The notes: generated from the letters alone by a model not told the origin. DNA of 64,000 nucleotides from Enoplolaimus lenunculus (GCA_030248215.1 JASANG010001204.1:1-64000), one strand, 5' to 3'; counted from the first letter of the stretch, positions 25,001 through 37,400 are shown. Program-made: numbers and translations.

Positions 25001-28000
25001 GCGGAATGTTTAGCATCCCCGCTCAGGTATATGTGAGTTTGACACTTAAACGCGAAGGGGTCACACGTCTTGCGAAGATTTTGTATTTCAGATACGCGTC
25101 GCGTAGTAATTGTTAAACTCAGCGCATTGCGTACTTCACATACACAATTTGCGCAAAGTTGCTTATTGTTACTCTATGTGAGAAGGGGTTAAAACAAAGC
25201 TACACGCGAGCTACGCATACCTGCGAGAAACGCGGACCGGGTAAATTTTATACATCTGTATGCCCGCCGGTAGAAAATTTTAAAATACGGTAGAGCACAA
25301 CAAGTGGTCTGCCCATTGCTCCTGTAGAACGTCGAGTCCTGTCTCTGGTAGAATTTTTGCTGGAGGGCGACGCGATTTTGTTACTGACATTTTTCGCATT
25401 TTATAAATGTTGTGTAGTTCATGAATTTGTTTGTACTGCCAAAGGTGGTGATAACGTTTGGGGCGACGTGAGAGACGCTTTCTACCATTGGTTCAAGCGT
25501 AGCAAAATATTTTTACCTCCAGTTCGAAATTTGTAATTTCAAGACTTTTTCTAAAAATGCCCAAGAAAATTTCACGCTTTGCTCTAAAAACTTAACAAAT
25601 TTTTAGTGTTACGGTTAGCATTGTCCTACTGTCTGTCATGTGGAACACTGCCATATAAACGTCCATTTTCAGCTCTCCGAAATTGTCCACAACCACCCGC
25701 CGGAAATATCCAGGTCCCAAGAACCTCGGAGGTGGACTCGTTTTTAACGCTTTTTTCAAATCTTTCAGCTTAATCTTAATCTTTGGTTATGTCAAAAGCT
25801 GAAAAGTTTGACGACTGTGGGCGAATGTCAATAAGAGTACGAAATTGTTGTTGTTATATTTTTAGAATACCTAAATTCCGAGTCAGTAGTGGATCCAGGA
25901 TCTCAAAATGGGGGGGGGGGGCAAAATTTCACAGGTAATAAACTTATTTTTGACCCATACTGTAGTGACCCAAATAAAAGGGGGGTCCCGATTGTAGGTG
26001 GCTCTGCCACTCTTAAACCTTTTTCAAACTAAAAACTAAAACATAAATTAAAACCAAATATCAAAACCACACCTTAAGGGAGTCCCTGGCTCCACCTAAT
26101 CTCTCCTAGAACTTAAGTTAGGCATAGGCGTTGCTACAAGGCGTAGAAATTAGTAAAATTATGCTATGGCGGCTGTGTCCGCAATGTCAAACTTACCTGG
26201 GCCCTGCGTGGCCGTAAAGTATCTGATGAATAGTGTTGCATAACATGTTGGCTATATTTGCGGCTAAAGACATAGCTAGGCTATGTCAGCACCAAAATGG
26301 TGCTTTGTGATTGGACATAATTGTTGTTGTTGTAGGTATGGTGTTGTGCAGGGAAAGGTGTACCGGGTGTGTGGCTCTGGACCTCAACCGCACAGCGGAC
26401 ACCCAATTGTGGGTGTCGGCGAAATGCAAATGAGGTCGAGATGCAAACAGGGGTAGCCAGGACCGGAATCATTATCAGACTTGAGCTAGTACGGATCGGT
26501 CGTGTTATTTTTCGGCGAAATCTGCGTAATCTTTATCTTTTATTTGTGGAACGTGTTACACGGTTGGACTTTGAACGGAGCTTTGGTAAGTAGGGACTTA
26601 GTTGAATTCGGTTAGGAACTGTCACGGAGGCTAAAGGATGTGAAGGAAATCAGGCATTACGGATATAGTTGTGTGCGCAAGGCGCGGAAATTAACCCAGT
26701 ACTGGATACTGGTGTCATGTGCTAAGGGAGAACTTGGGATAAACCGGAGAACCTGGGAAAAGTAGTTTAATAAATCTAACGGGGTTAGATTTATTATTCT
26801 ACAACGGCTTGGCCAAATCTAACGGGGTTAGATTGGTCGGAAATTTGGTGTAACTGTAACGGGGTTAGAGTGCACGGTTTAACCGGGTGTAATTCTAACG
26901 GGGTTAGAATTGCACGGATTCTGGAAAACGGCAAAAGTATTGGGAACGGTAAAGCCAGTGGCTGGATTAAACCAGATTCAGACGTCGGCTTTAAGGATTC
27001 CGGCTCAGGTTGCCAGTTAAATTGCATAACCTGTGATTTACTGGTGTTAAATATTGGATATTGGTATTATACAGGATTGGGGTTGGGGTTTTAGTAAACA
27101 TTTACCGGCCGCGTTTTACTAAATCAGAGCGATAAGCATACATGGAGGAAAGAACTATACAGGCGATACAGGATACAGGCTTGAGTCAAAATCACGAACT
27201 TCTCACACCCATTTTGAGTCCCAATTAATAGCAGTCCGTATCCGTATTCAGGGAACAAAACTGAATGTGGGACAAAACTACGTTGCTAAATTGATGTTGG
27301 ATCCGTTAATTTTAGCAATATTCTATCAAGTGTTGTTAAAAATCCTCTGTCGTGTACAAATTTTGCAAAAAACGATACATACATATAATTACCAAGTGTA
27401 GATGAGCGCTGTTAGACAAGAGTATGCAACTGAACCCGGTTTGTATGGTACAACAGGTGCCAGCGAGCGCTGTGTAATTCTCTTAACACCTCATTTTGAG
27501 CGTCTTCTATGACTGAAAATATGTGCATAAAAGAAATGACAAAGATGTCAGTTACTAAGACTCTAATGTTAGCATTTTAGCAGCGCGTATACAGAATACT
27601 ACACAATATGTTATAACGAAACTACATCCACCCCAGAATAATTGACGGACATCGGCGAAAAACGCAACACATGCAGGGTACATTCATTTTGTACGGTACG
27701 TAGCCAGTTGCATACTCTTGTCTACGCAATATCCGCTTTTGCTATTACCAACTGTAGTAATAAGACTACAAATAAACGTAATGACGGTTGAAAATTGATC
27801 CAACTGAACATCTTCAAGTTCGGTTGAATTTTCATTGGACATCGAATCGATGGTCGATGCGCGTACTTGCCCTGATTTATAAGTGTCATAAATGTTGTTC
27901 ACGAACTGTTCAAACGCTTGTTCGCCGCGTGAAATATTTTCGTTTGCCTAAAAGCGTTGTTGTAACTCGTAGTTAAAAAATTTTCAAATTTAATTCTAAG

Positions 28001-29159
28001 TTAACCACAATGGCGGTTCCATGAGGGGACACCCTGGCCATGCGCCCCCCCAACAGCATCTCGACAAAAAGTATATAACAATTTTGTGACGACAATAGTT
28101 CGTGGTTTGTGTGTGGGTCAAAAGTAAGTTTATTACCTATGAAATTTTGCCCCCCCATTTTGAGATCCGGGATCCGTCACTGGTTAACCAGTTCCACATA
28201 CATCCCTGTACCAAAAAATTTGCTGCAGAAACTGAGATTAATTGTTGGCAAATTATGGTCATTAATTTGTATCTGACGGAACTGCATTGCGTTTGTATTG
28301 TGATCGTTTTGCAGGTCGAACAATTCTGAACAAAACATGAAACTTTTTCTTTAGAGCTGAAAAGCAGTAAAATTTACAGTTGTGAATAAATGTCCTAAAT
28401 TTAAGTTAAGACTACACGAAAAACCAAATTAAATTTTATACAAGATTGTTTTAACCGGTTTGTAATTCTTTTTAATACGCGAAAATTTTGAGAAATTTTT
28501 TTCAGCCTCAATCTGATGTACCGATTTCAACTCAAACAACTGTTGCGATAATTGTTGTTGCAGTTTGAGCAAACGCCGCGTTGCATTGCGTTTTGTTTCA
28601 TGCTGGTACCCGCGTTCAATACTTTGGAATATTGACGCACCAATCACAATGAACAATGTCGATCCCAAGACTAGACCAATGTGAGGGGCGGCAAGTTTGA
28701 GTCTCTACAAATAACGAAGTAAAACATTCACAGCGATGTCATGTAAGTTTAGTTTTTAACAATATAGCCAATTCACCCGAGGTATTTTGCTTGTCCCCAT
28801 AAAATGTTTAAATCACTAAGATACCGGCTCCGATAAAATATATGGTTGTTATATAAATGTAAGTGGGATTTCAGAAATCCAGTCAATCAGTATTAACAAA
28901 ATTCATATTTCAAACTTTTCAATCAAATGTTCGCCGATTTTGTGTCAAAACATTCCGCACACAAAATATATATATCACAATTCAATACTTCTTTTAAGCT
29001 AAGCTTTTCCACCGAAACACTGCCCGTGGACGAAATTCGAGACTTCTTTCGAGCACTGTACGCTTGATAGCCGTTTGAAACAGGAAGTCGATGAACACTG
29101 TCGCTGTATGATGGTATCCGGTGGGAAACTTTTCTTTCTTGTTGCTGACCTTTGTCCAT
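10013..29159 (-). CDS. twk-30: Two-pore-domain (K2P/TWK) potassium channel with two C-terminal FN3 domains, TWK-30-like, ~769 aa (exons 28989-29159, 28522-28704, 27749-27947, 24720-24871, 24118-24279, 22708-23092, 21465-21485, 20617-20761, 19983-20098, 19250-19339, 14023-14120, 11272-11773, 10013-10098)
   Basis: M1 (PHIGLVLGSTLFIVIGASIF), P1 (LITTVGYGNVAP), M2 (GRIFCILYSLIGIPL), M3, P2 (FYFAFVSVLKIGFGDLVP), M4, then FN3 motifs PPSEPTNL..LEWNPP..YTIRY..ITGL..YEFKVWA and APQNM..LMWDAP..YAVYY..L..NETYAFSVAA. All 12 introns are GT-AG with consistent phases; 2310 nt in total. The symbol rests on my recollection that C. elegans TWK-30 carries FN3 domains and was not searched. Confidence 0.8.
10427..10867. 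mobile_element. Tc1/mariner-type MITE, family A
   Basis: AGTGACCCGAATAAGAGGGG...CCTCTTATTCGGGTCACTACAG-TA; colinear with 7218-7643. Confidence 0.85.
11272..11773 (-). CDS. K2P-FN3 exon (FN3-2 end plus low-complexity tail); reads on to a stop at 11255 if unspliced
   Basis: RYAVYYTKSPDEPYENWEKR...NETYAFSVAAQYPTGHSP...SPDRSSGSKRSRR...EDSSP; GTAGGC donor. Confidence 0.82.
12510..13190. repeat. Diverged long palindrome (foldback-type element) centred near 12830
   Basis: GTCAAATAACTGATTTGGCGC vs GCGCCAAATCAGTTAATTTGAC; GAGCTTCTCATGACCTCCTCTGATCA vs TGATCAGGGGATGTCATGACAAGCTC; partial copy near 60880-61060. Confidence 0.75.
14023..14120 (-). CDS. K2P-FN3 exon (FN3-2, start)
   Basis: EPESAPQNMKAEITANKVRLMWDAPYKGQKNLE; phase 1-0. 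Confidence 0.85.
14255..15025. repeat. Left arm of a long diverged inverted repeat (partner 17365-18325)
   Basis: e.g. TTGTGCAACTTCAAATTAGTGTTGAAAAGA vs TCTTTTCAACGCAAATTTGATGTTGCACAA; ACGAACCAAATTA vs TAATTTGGTTCGT. Confidence 0.8.
15605..16201 (+). pseudogene. Decayed SGNH/GDSL hydrolase ORF (retroelement ORF1 esterase-like)
   Basis: VLILSNLIIRNV (two point changes give ILSDSIIRNV, block I), KTVSG (II), NIIFNCGVN (III) and DTLHL at 16112 (V), in the right order but interrupted by stops. Confidence 0.55.
16218..16869. repeat. Tandem array, 4 x 163 bp, near-identical
   Basis: Units start at 16218, 16381, 16544 and 16707; each is flank, TTAA and the left ~65 bp of a piggyBac-type MITE. Confidence 0.95.
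16805..17067. mobile_element. piggyBac-type MITE (263 bp)
   Basis: TTAA-CCCTTTCTCACAT...ATGTGAGAAGGGG-TTAT. Confidence 0.85.
17101..17363. mobile_element. piggyBac-type MITE (263 bp), second copy
   Basis: TTAA-CCCTTTCTCACAT...ATGTGAGAAGGGG-TTAA; older relatives near 25030-25190 and 37430-37600. Confidence 0.88.
17365..18325. repeat. Right arm of the long diverged inverted repeat (partner 14255-15025)
   Basis: Its reverse complement aligns along 14255-15025. Confidence 0.8.
19250..19339 (-). CDS. K2P-FN3 exon (FN3-1, end)
   Basis: GLIAFCIYEFKVWASNDYGRSQPVRVCQIT; phase 1-1. Confidence 0.85.
19983..20098 (-). CDS. K2P-FN3 exon (FN3-1, basic insert)
   Basis: WQRKNRRGSRSNTRYRSKRERENMLPKEVSTKETQIEITG; phase 2-1. 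Confidence 0.75.
20319..20493. mobile_element. hAT-type MITE (CAGGCCCGTAGCC family), diverged
   Basis: Ends in GGCTACGGGCCTG; similar to 52200-52365, 30290-30452, 48350-48483 and 53087-53247. Confidence 0.65.
20617..20761 (-). CDS. K2P-FN3 exon (FN3-1, first half)
   Basis: VPPSEPTNLRITAIKPYSVTLEWNPP...YTIRYKSKRSA; GTAAGT donor. Confidence 0.85.
21465..21485 (-). CDS. K2P-FN3 21-nt micro-exon
   Basis: TTTTTAG|CGATTCATGAAGATCAAAAAG|GTAAAC; phase 1-1; encodes PIHEDQK. Confidence 0.5.
21554..21735. mobile_element. GGCC-ended MITE with internal TTAGGC repeats (Merlin-like)
   Basis: TIRs GGCCCATGTTACCTTAA..GGCG / CGCCCCTTAAAGTAACACTGGCC; 8-bp TSD CATATTTG/CATGTTTG. Confidence 0.8.
22708..23092 (-). 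CDS. K2P-FN3 exon 6 (M3, P2, M4)
   Basis: VPSIVIFL...WTPFESFYFAFVSVLKIGFGDLVP...GLILTTACIDSVGVHYLNEIHYLGR; GTAAGC donor, phase 1. Confidence 0.92.
23121..23469. mobile_element. Palindromic MITE rich in TTGCAGCT motifs
   Basis: GCCCAATTCACACG...CGTGCTGTGAATGGCG ends; relative near 42245-42375. Confidence 0.55.
24118..24279 (-). CDS. K2P-FN3 exon 5 (M2-M3 loop)
   Basis: LKNRFACSGG...EEIAEYIWQNLEDVEYIK; phase 0-0. Confidence 0.8.
24720..24871 (-). CDS. K2P-FN3 exon 4 (GYG filter, M2)
   Basis: GYGNVAPRSQPGRIFCILYSLIGIPLLLVVIADLAKF...YTK. Confidence 0.92.
25884..25959. mobile_element. hAT-type MITE fragment (CAGTGGCGGATCC family), interrupted by a family A MITE
   Basis: Matches the reverse complement of the right end of 59615-59787 up to GACCCATA. 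Confidence 0.75.
25993..27207. mobile_element. Probable solo LTR or LTR-element remnant (1215 bp)
   Basis: TGT...ACA termini, 5-bp TSD CCGAT/CCCAT, splits a family A MITE (25960-25992 and 27208-27243). Confidence 0.65.
27749..27947 (-). CDS. K2P-FN3 exon 3 (P1 helix)
   Basis: ANENISRGEQAFEQFVNNIY...FICSLITTVG; phase 0-1. Confidence 0.85.
28008..28182. mobile_element. hAT-type MITE
   Basis: CAATGGCGGTTCC...GGATCCGTCACTG; perfect 8-bp TSD GTTAACCA. Confidence 0.88.
28522..28704 (-). CDS. K2P-FN3 exon 2 (M1, cap helix)
   Basis: RLKLAAPHIGLVLGSTLFIVIGASIFQSIE...LKS. Confidence 0.85.
28989..29159 (-). CDS. K2P-FN3 exon 1 (N-terminus)
   Basis: MDKGQQQERKVSHRIP...LSLKE, GTATTG donor; ATTCAG acceptor just upstream (upstream exon or trans-splice site). 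Confidence 0.65.
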
Positions 29160-32100
29160 TTTGATTCGACAAGAGCACACCTGAATGTTTGTTTGTGCTT
29201 GAATTCTGCCGCTTAGAAATGATAATCGCCGTTGCGCAAAGGCTAAAAATACACAAGTATACAGTAGTACAACATATTCAGCAAAGGTGCATTGTGCAAA
29301 AACTCATTATTGATCAACGTAGAATAAGCTGAACACTTTTTTAACCACTTATTATTAAAACAACGCAAAAGCAACCTATACCTTTAACCCATTGCTGCAT
29401 AGAGTATACAATGAGCTATAAAAAGCGCAAATTGTAAACGTAAAATGATACGCAATGGAGAGAAATTCTGCAAGATGTGAAAGCTAGCCTTAATTAGCTT
29501 TGAGATGAAGTAAAAAAATATTTACGCGAGAAACAATTGAGAGTTCAAGAGTTGAAGTACTCGTTTGCAACAGAATCTCATGTTATCTTGAAAGCATTAC
29601 CATTTTGTCAAAAAAACGTGTTTTAAGCGCTTTGTGAAAGCTAAAATTGAATATGATATCAAAACTTAGTATATATCGCGACACTTACCAGATAACGGAA
29701 ATTGTTGAAAAAATGACACAAGCGAAGTTGACATTGCACAGTATGCCACAGGTTAGTATGAAATAATGGGACCCTTAGCTTAAAATTTTAGGCTCACACT
29801 GGCCGCTAATTTATAATTCCTTTCTATTTCTCTTAATTAAAATGATAGTTACCGAGAGCTTCAAAAAAATAACGAACGAATATAAGAATGGTTCAAGCAA
29901 TACTGTCGAACTTTTTAGAAATAAATCGTTTCAAAACAAGAGCAATTTTGAGCAATAACAAAGTCCAAATTCCATTGGCACTAAAACATTCTGGTATTAC
30001 AGATATCTATTTAACTGTTTAGTCAATTTTAGAAGAAAACTTGGTTTAAGATTTTGAACACGTCATCATTAGCCAATTTACAATATTTTCAAAGCCACTA
30101 AGCTTTGAACCATTCTTCTAAAAACTCTCTTGTGACAATCTTTGCCAAATTGTCGTTCCAAACGTGTCAACTGTCACAGCAATTTTAAACTGACATTTAA
30201 AATAAAATGATGTGTAACTTTCACAATATGTTGTGTACACCAAGTAACATTTTAAAAGGTAGGGTAATTGATACTAAAGGTATTTGGCGGATCCGTAGCC
30301 AAGGAGGGGAAGGGGAGGTCCGCTCATCCTGGAAAATTTTGTTCCCCCTAGAAATTTTTCTACCTTGCTTCTAAGTCATTGAAAACCATTGATTGTCACG
30401 GCTGAAAATTTTTTAACCCCTCCTCTAGCAAGGTGAGTTGGCTACAGGCTTGCTTTTTGGTTTCAGTAGCTAGTACACACAAGCTTTTTGGCTTTAGTGT
30501 GCCTGTGCCAGCAACTGAATCGAAAAATCTTCAGTGTCCATCACACTAAAGCCAAAAAGCTTTCAAACTGTACTCAATGATTTTCACTGTATGCAGAAAT
30601 GACTTGCTGCTGCGCTGTAAACCTAAAAAGTTTCTGTTCCAAAGTTTCATACAGGAAATACATGGAAAATGAGTCAATTGCTTACCGTAAGTTTTTACTT
30701 AATTTTGGCTTCTTCCTTGTCGTTGTATTAGTTAGCACACAAAATATTACTTTTTTTCTGATAATCTGAAGTATATATAATAATCGCTCTAAACAAAAAA
30801 TAGCCAAAAACTGTTGAAATTTATGTTGTCAAATACAATAAAAACAAAAATCTACCTGCCCACTCTCCCCTCTAATAAATTAAAATGAGCTATTCCGTCT
30901 GTTCTGTGAAATTTGTGTATATTACTTAGGTCAATCTGTTATTCGGACCAATTACCAATTGGCCGACGACAATCTTATATTCGCAGCAAATTTGGACTAG
31001 GCCAAATAGCGAGTGCGAGATTTCGCAAAACAACAGTGATGTAAAAATCAAACGCTGATTGGTTAACCGTATTGGGTTTGTCCAAATAATCAAATCTGAT
31101 TGATCTATAAGTTCAATAACAATTTACCCCAGGCCATACTGCTATTACATAAAATAGCAGATTGGCCTATGCCAATTAGTAATTAGCCTGGATAGCAGAT
31201 TGGATTACGACATACTCATTTCATCGACATAAAATACTTGTTGCCGGCTTACGTACATCGTCATCGTGGTGGTTTAAAGCCCTTTGCTGCCTAAATAATC
31301 TTCATTACAGTCGTAACTTGTATTCGGTCCGGTGTTACATAATCATATTTTGAATAATTTTGTAAGCTGTTACAGGCCAGATGGGAAATTTATAAAGAGG
31401 TAGGCATAATTTAGGACACAGTATTTACGAGTTTACATTTCGTCATGCTTGGTAATTCTGGGTTTAAGAGCTCGGGTTGAGGTCACCCCTCTGCCCTGAT
31501 ATTTTGTTAGAAAAATGTCAAAATGAAACAGCTCTATGTTTTCAGAGACTAACGAGAAAATAAGACATCCCTATTCGTCACAAGTGTTAAAATAGGATAG
31601 CAACATATTATAGTTGAAAAATCGCAAAAAGTTTCAGATATTCACTGAGGAAATGGGACGGTTCTTGTTTTCACGGGAAAACTAAAATTGGAACAGCCAT
31701 GTTTTGGACAACTAGGAAAATCAGGCTTTAGCCTGTGTGGCTCATATGACAGCTCTGACAAAAACATAATGAATTTTGAACCCTGGCATTGTCGGGTGCT
31801 CCGGTCAGTTTTTTATAATAAAATGCTTCGTGAAAGAAAAATCGGCAGCAATGAAAAATTATCGCATAGTTTCAACCAAATTAAGTTCGGACCATCTGGT
31901 GTTCGATAAGAAGTAAGTTCAATGATCCAAAAAACAGAAGAATTAACCCGTCAAATTAAAAACACAGCTTAGGCTTAAGCTACGGTTTAGTTTTAAAATT
32001 ACGTATAGAAAACAGCTTAATTAAGCCTAAGCCTTTATCGAAACTTAACGTTAAATGCGTGAACAAAATTGCAAACGCCAAAAAAACTGCACTAAGTATG

Positions 32101-33121
32101 CTCCATTTAAATATTTCGTTGTGTGCTAAATCTCGAACTGTAAAGGCTATACCATTGTTTCTCTAATTAAAGTAATGTTTTGTAGAATTTTTACTACTCC
32201 TATTCTTTTGGGAAATCTTGACCAAAAGGTGCTCAGCAAAATAGATTAAAGGAACTCTAACCTAAAATGTGTTCAACCTGAAGCGAGAAGCGTAGCCAAT
32301 ATTTGGATTAGCGGGTGCTTGCGAAAAAATCCTAAAAACCTTAAGTAAAAGTTGCAAGACTCGTCGAATCCCTAGCGGACTACGCCTTCGCCTGCGACAG
32401 AATATAGTAATTAAAGAAACAAAACCCACTTTGAACATAGACGGGTCTACTCCAACTTTATCCAATCTCAATTAGCAACCTCACAGTAGTGCATTGTTTG
32501 TTTGTGTTTATTTTGCCATTCAACATACGGTTTGTTTACATTTTAAAGTAAATCACAATATACTAAAATGGGTTTAGTCTTTTTTAACGGCGACTGCCTT
32601 TGCCTTTAGGAGCATTAAGAGTAACCCGTGTCTAAAAGACATGCAACTGCTCTAAAATCACAGCCGAAACATTTCAGGGAAAGGGGGTGCGGCCCCAAAT
32701 GAGGACATATTTGATGTCGTCCAGGCTAAAAATTTATCGAAAAAATTCAAACAGTTCTGTATTTGGAACGTTTTTCTTGGTTCCACTATAAATTTGACTG
32801 CACCGTTTTAGTAAGTATTCCTGATTGCGGCCTGTCGAAATGAAACCGAGTTTTTTTATATGACATTGAAATAAGTGATTAAAGAACGGTGTGGAATTAG
32901 ATTTTTAGCTCTGATGGACTGTTGTCTGCTCAGATGTTTAAATCCGATTACTGTCTGAAGTTGTCAGTTTGACAAGTTGTTTATATAACGGAGATTAAAC
33001 TATGAGTAGAAGCGAATGGAAAATAAAAGGTTAAAATAACCGATTTGCGTTAATTTATGAGAAATTGTACAATTTACGGAAAATACGTCTTACAATAATC
33101 TCGGCAAATAACTCGCAAAAC

Positions 33122-33301
33122 AGCAGCAAAAAATTGCGGAAACCGTGTTTTTCACACGTTCCAGTCATCGAAAAGGCTGTTTTACTGGGGATAAATCAAT
33201 GCGAATCCAAGAGCAGCAAAAAATTGCGGAAACCGTGTTTTTCACACGTTCCAGTCATCGAAAAGGCTGTTTTACTGGGGATAAATCAATGCGAATCCAA
33301 G
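33122..33301. repeat. Perfect tandem duplication, 2 x 90 bp
   Basis: AGCAGCAAAAAATTGCGG...GCGAATCCAAG at 33122 and 33212. Confidence 0.95.
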
Positions 33302-34312
33302 AAACTTTATAATGGAGGACCACACGAGATATAGTGGAAGCACTCGACTCCCGAGCGAAGCAAGCCAGAAGTCATACGCCATTTTTGTTTTTGGATCCGC
33401 CTGCATGAGGAATAGCGGATGCATGCTTCTCCTAAACTTATGGAAAGACTAGGAAAACACATGTTTATTATTTACAAGTCCTAAATTCAACGGCACCTTT
33501 ACTAAAGCTACGGTGGCTCCTCAGAAACGGACGCAGGGCGAGTAGAGTTGTGTGTCCTCTCGTCCCAGCAGTCCTGCGGTGCTGAATCTCAGTAGTACGA
33601 TCACTGCTTCTGTATACTTCTTTAATCTTAAAGCGATTGTTGTATATTTGAGATTTTTTATTGCAGATATATGCAGCGTTTTGTTCGGAATCTAACTTTT
33701 GATTAATTTATTTTTCATATATCAATAAAACTACAAATCCTGCTTGCAGATTTTTTGCCGTACTTAACCCCGCATGATTGTGGCCATCTTTAGCTGGCAT
33801 ATGCACCTTTTTATGTGCATGACAGCTCTGCAGTGTGTGCAGTATGCTTATGATCATGCGTTATCAAATGATGATACTTAATAAAATAAATTGATTCTGC
33901 TAATGTCATTTTTCAATAGACAAATCATCCATCAACGTTTTTGCGCTTGCGTAAGCATAGTACATGATTTTCAACTTTTCCGTTTTCCGTTTTTATTCGG
34001 GAAAAACGAGAAAAACTATTTTTTCCGATCAATTCAATTTTTCTGGAAACAAACCAAACCTGGTTAATGGTCCGAATCCACCTTAGGCGCCTTTAGTTAC
34101 AGGCCCAATTTACGGCAGTTCACTGGAAACTTTCTTCGGCCCTTTAACACATCCAACACATATAAGGTTAACGGTTAACGTAATTCTTAAACTCAAACTG
34201 GCTTAGTCTTAAATAAAGCCTTAGGCTACGGTTCAGACTTAGGCTTAAGAAAACCGTATTTTAAACCTAGCCTACACATGAACCTAAGCCTAAGCCTGTG
34301 GGAGAGCGTGTA

Positions 34313-34484
34313 GGCCAATGTTACTTTGAGGGCTGTCATGTTTCGTGCACTATTGCGGAAGAGTACGGTTCAGATTTTAGACTATTTTTGCTGAGGCACA
34401 GGCTCAGGGTGAACACTTATTTTCGAGCTTAGGTTTAGAAAATTTGCTTAATCTAGAGTTACGGCACTAAAAGTAACATTAGCC
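34313..34484. mobile_element. GGCC-ended TTAGGC-family MITE, diverged
   Basis: GGCCAATGTTACTTT...AAAGTAACATTAGCC. Confidence 0.65.
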
Positions 34485-37400
34485 GAAATGCACGATTGCC
34501 AATGTCATCGCATTAAATTTATTTCAAAAATTTCCTCGCATTTTTACCCAGTTAGTACTAGCTCAGTAACACTTAAAACCAACTACCGTTGTAATATTAT
34601 TGCAAAATTTAGTACTAAATCTTCCCAGCTGTTAAAATCAACCACAACAATTGCAGCACAATGGATACCTTACAAAAGAAATTGTCGTAAAATTTCAACA
34701 CACTTTTATAGCTTTCATTTTCAAGTCTGAAAAGTTTTGAATTTTAGAGAATCGTGTTTTAACTGAATTAGAAATGGTAGACACCGCTCAACAGAGTTCT
34801 GTTTCCAACACATTTCAAGTGAACTTCCTCCAGCCCGACTTTACGGCCAAGACGGAGTTTTAATTTGGTTTTAGATTTCGGCCATGACAAAATGGCTGCA
34901 ACAAACTTTCACAATCAAACTTAATCATGCAAACTATGATCATAAATCACAACAAGCATTGCAGTTGAGTACATTCGTCTTTACAAACATTTGGTTTTTT
35001 AAATATACTAGTCGGTCCACTTTGCGCAATGTATAAAAGTGTTAGCGAATGCATAAAAATCTGAATGCAAGTCTTCTAATTATAGAACAATCGCGCCTAT
35101 GTGCTAGAAACTAATTGTAAGCAACGTATGCTGAAAAATTGTTCAAAATACGCATGCGGGGTGTATCATCAGCTTTAATTATGTAGACTGGTTTTGCACC
35201 GCTAACTGGGTTGCAACCTTAGCATACACCAAGGTTGATAATTTGAAAAGATTCGTTTTTACAGGTTTATCGGCAAAGAAGATTCAGAAGCAAAGTCCAC
35301 CAAATTTTATTCTGTGAAATCCACTTTGAAATTTGAAATAGCAAAGCTGAATTGAGTGCAAATCATTACCATTGTTTCTTTTTCATCATTAGACAAATAT
35401 ATATACCCCGAAAAGAGGGGTTCTATAGAATATAAGTCACAATATTCGCAGATTCTTCTGATGAGTTCACGTTCTCAAAAAATATGGCTAAATCTTTAAT
35501 TTCAGCCCGAAATCAATAATTTAATCGTGTACTCACCAGGGTGCAAGCAGAGGTATAACATAGCAGAGACGGGGCCGTAGATCAACAAAATTTGCCATAA
35601 CCGGAGCCGAAAGTGAAGCCGAAGGTAGAGGCGAAATTAGGTAGTAAAAGTGATTTAAATTTGCTAATTTTAGCACATATCTGTAAGGTTTTGTTAAATG
35701 TTATTGTTTTATGCTAATTATTTATGAAATCTCGGCAATTTAAAACGAAACACACAAAACAATTAAATTTTGCGAAATTCTGTAAAATTTCGATACCAAA
35801 ATTGCCGGAACCTTAAACAGAAATTGTACCGGAGCGAAGGTTGATTTTTTTCTGAAGCCGTAACCGGAGCAGACCCCCGGTTGTTCCCTGATACTCACGG
35901 AGAATTTGCAAATATCTGCAAAAAATTAACTGCCAAATAGTTTCATTGACGCTGTTAAACTAGCTTATTGGTCGAAGTCTCAAACATCTTAAAAACTTTT
36001 CGACGATAAAATATTGCGCCCATGTGAACTATAACTGTTTCTGTCTATACTCTATACAGTTTGAATGCATTCAAAGATATAGAAAACTGATTATAGACAA
36101 TCGGTAAACGTTCTTTTCACAGTTTTGCTATACCGGGGCTTGTGTCCGTTTTCATATCGAAGCGCTTGAGCTCATAGCTTTAGTTTGGTGATTGCGGCTG
36201 TACTACGCCGAAAGTGTTTAGTTTTTAAGGACTGCAACAAATTTAAGCGGTTTGAAAATTCTAAATTGGTATCGCGGCAAAAATTTTAACCCTTCTAAAT
36301 AGTAACGGTTTCATATATTAGCAAAAGATAACTCTTTCCCGTTAGTTTAAAGTTTAGCGTTAATTCGGATTGCGTATAACTCATTAATTTGATTTAAAGC
36401 TTTTCTTCATTTCATTCAGGGCCGTTGAACTTATCTCACGCTGAACAGTAAAAAGTTACATGTAACAATAAAGTGCCGTATGCCACACACATTCCATTTC
36501 CCAAAATTAGCATAGACACAACGGCAATGTATATAGTAGGGCCGTAACAGTAGCATATGCATATTTCTAAACTTAAGCGTAAACCTAAGCCTAATCTAAG
36601 CAAAAAAATTAGTCTTCAGCTTAAGATTACTGTATTGCAGTAACACAGAAAAACGTTTCGTCACTGATCTTGACATTAGCCTACATAAAACGAAATCAGT
36701 GTACACCTGTATCTTTCTGCAAGCACAAATTTCGAAATACTGAATACTTGGCTGCGTAAATATTTTCCAAATTGAGTTTCTGTGTATAAAAAAATCAGTG
36801 CAACTAATTGCGAAACGAACCCTTAAGCTAGCAAAATGAGTGATTTCCTGAAAACGAAAACAGTACTATAAACAAAACAGGCAAATTTACGACAATAGCC
36901 GCACCTACAGGCCGTCACCTGCTAAAGCCTAACGCATAGCGTCACCCAAGCCTATTACTAAACCTAAACCTATTGACGGTTAATAAACAACATTTTGGAT
37001 TACACGTTTTCGGTCATCTAGCTGCCGGGTGACGAATTGTCATAATTTCATTTTCAAAAAATAAATTTATACTGAGCAAAAACTTTAATTTGTACGATGT
37101 GGTCTAAAACTTGTATACTTATGTCCATAACAACTGCGCATTTCCAGCACAGCCTTAAAGATACGTGACTGAAACGTATATATACAACTGTCATGTCCTG
37201 CGGTATCTGCCATAAAGTTTCTGCATTAAACCTATTTTTTTGTTAGGCGCAAGTATTAATCAAACGGCCATAATCTCGCTAACGAAAAGTTGACTTGGTC
37301 AAAAGAAAAGCTTTATTTAGCGCACAAATACGCGGGCTGTTTGTTTTCCAAGTCTAACAATGAAATAAATTACTTTGGATTAGTGATGAGTTTTCTTTAC

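Noticed and set aside
35458..35482. Hammerhead ribozyme (CTGATGAG...CTC)
   Set aside because: The GAAA core is absent (AAAA) and I found no stems I/III.
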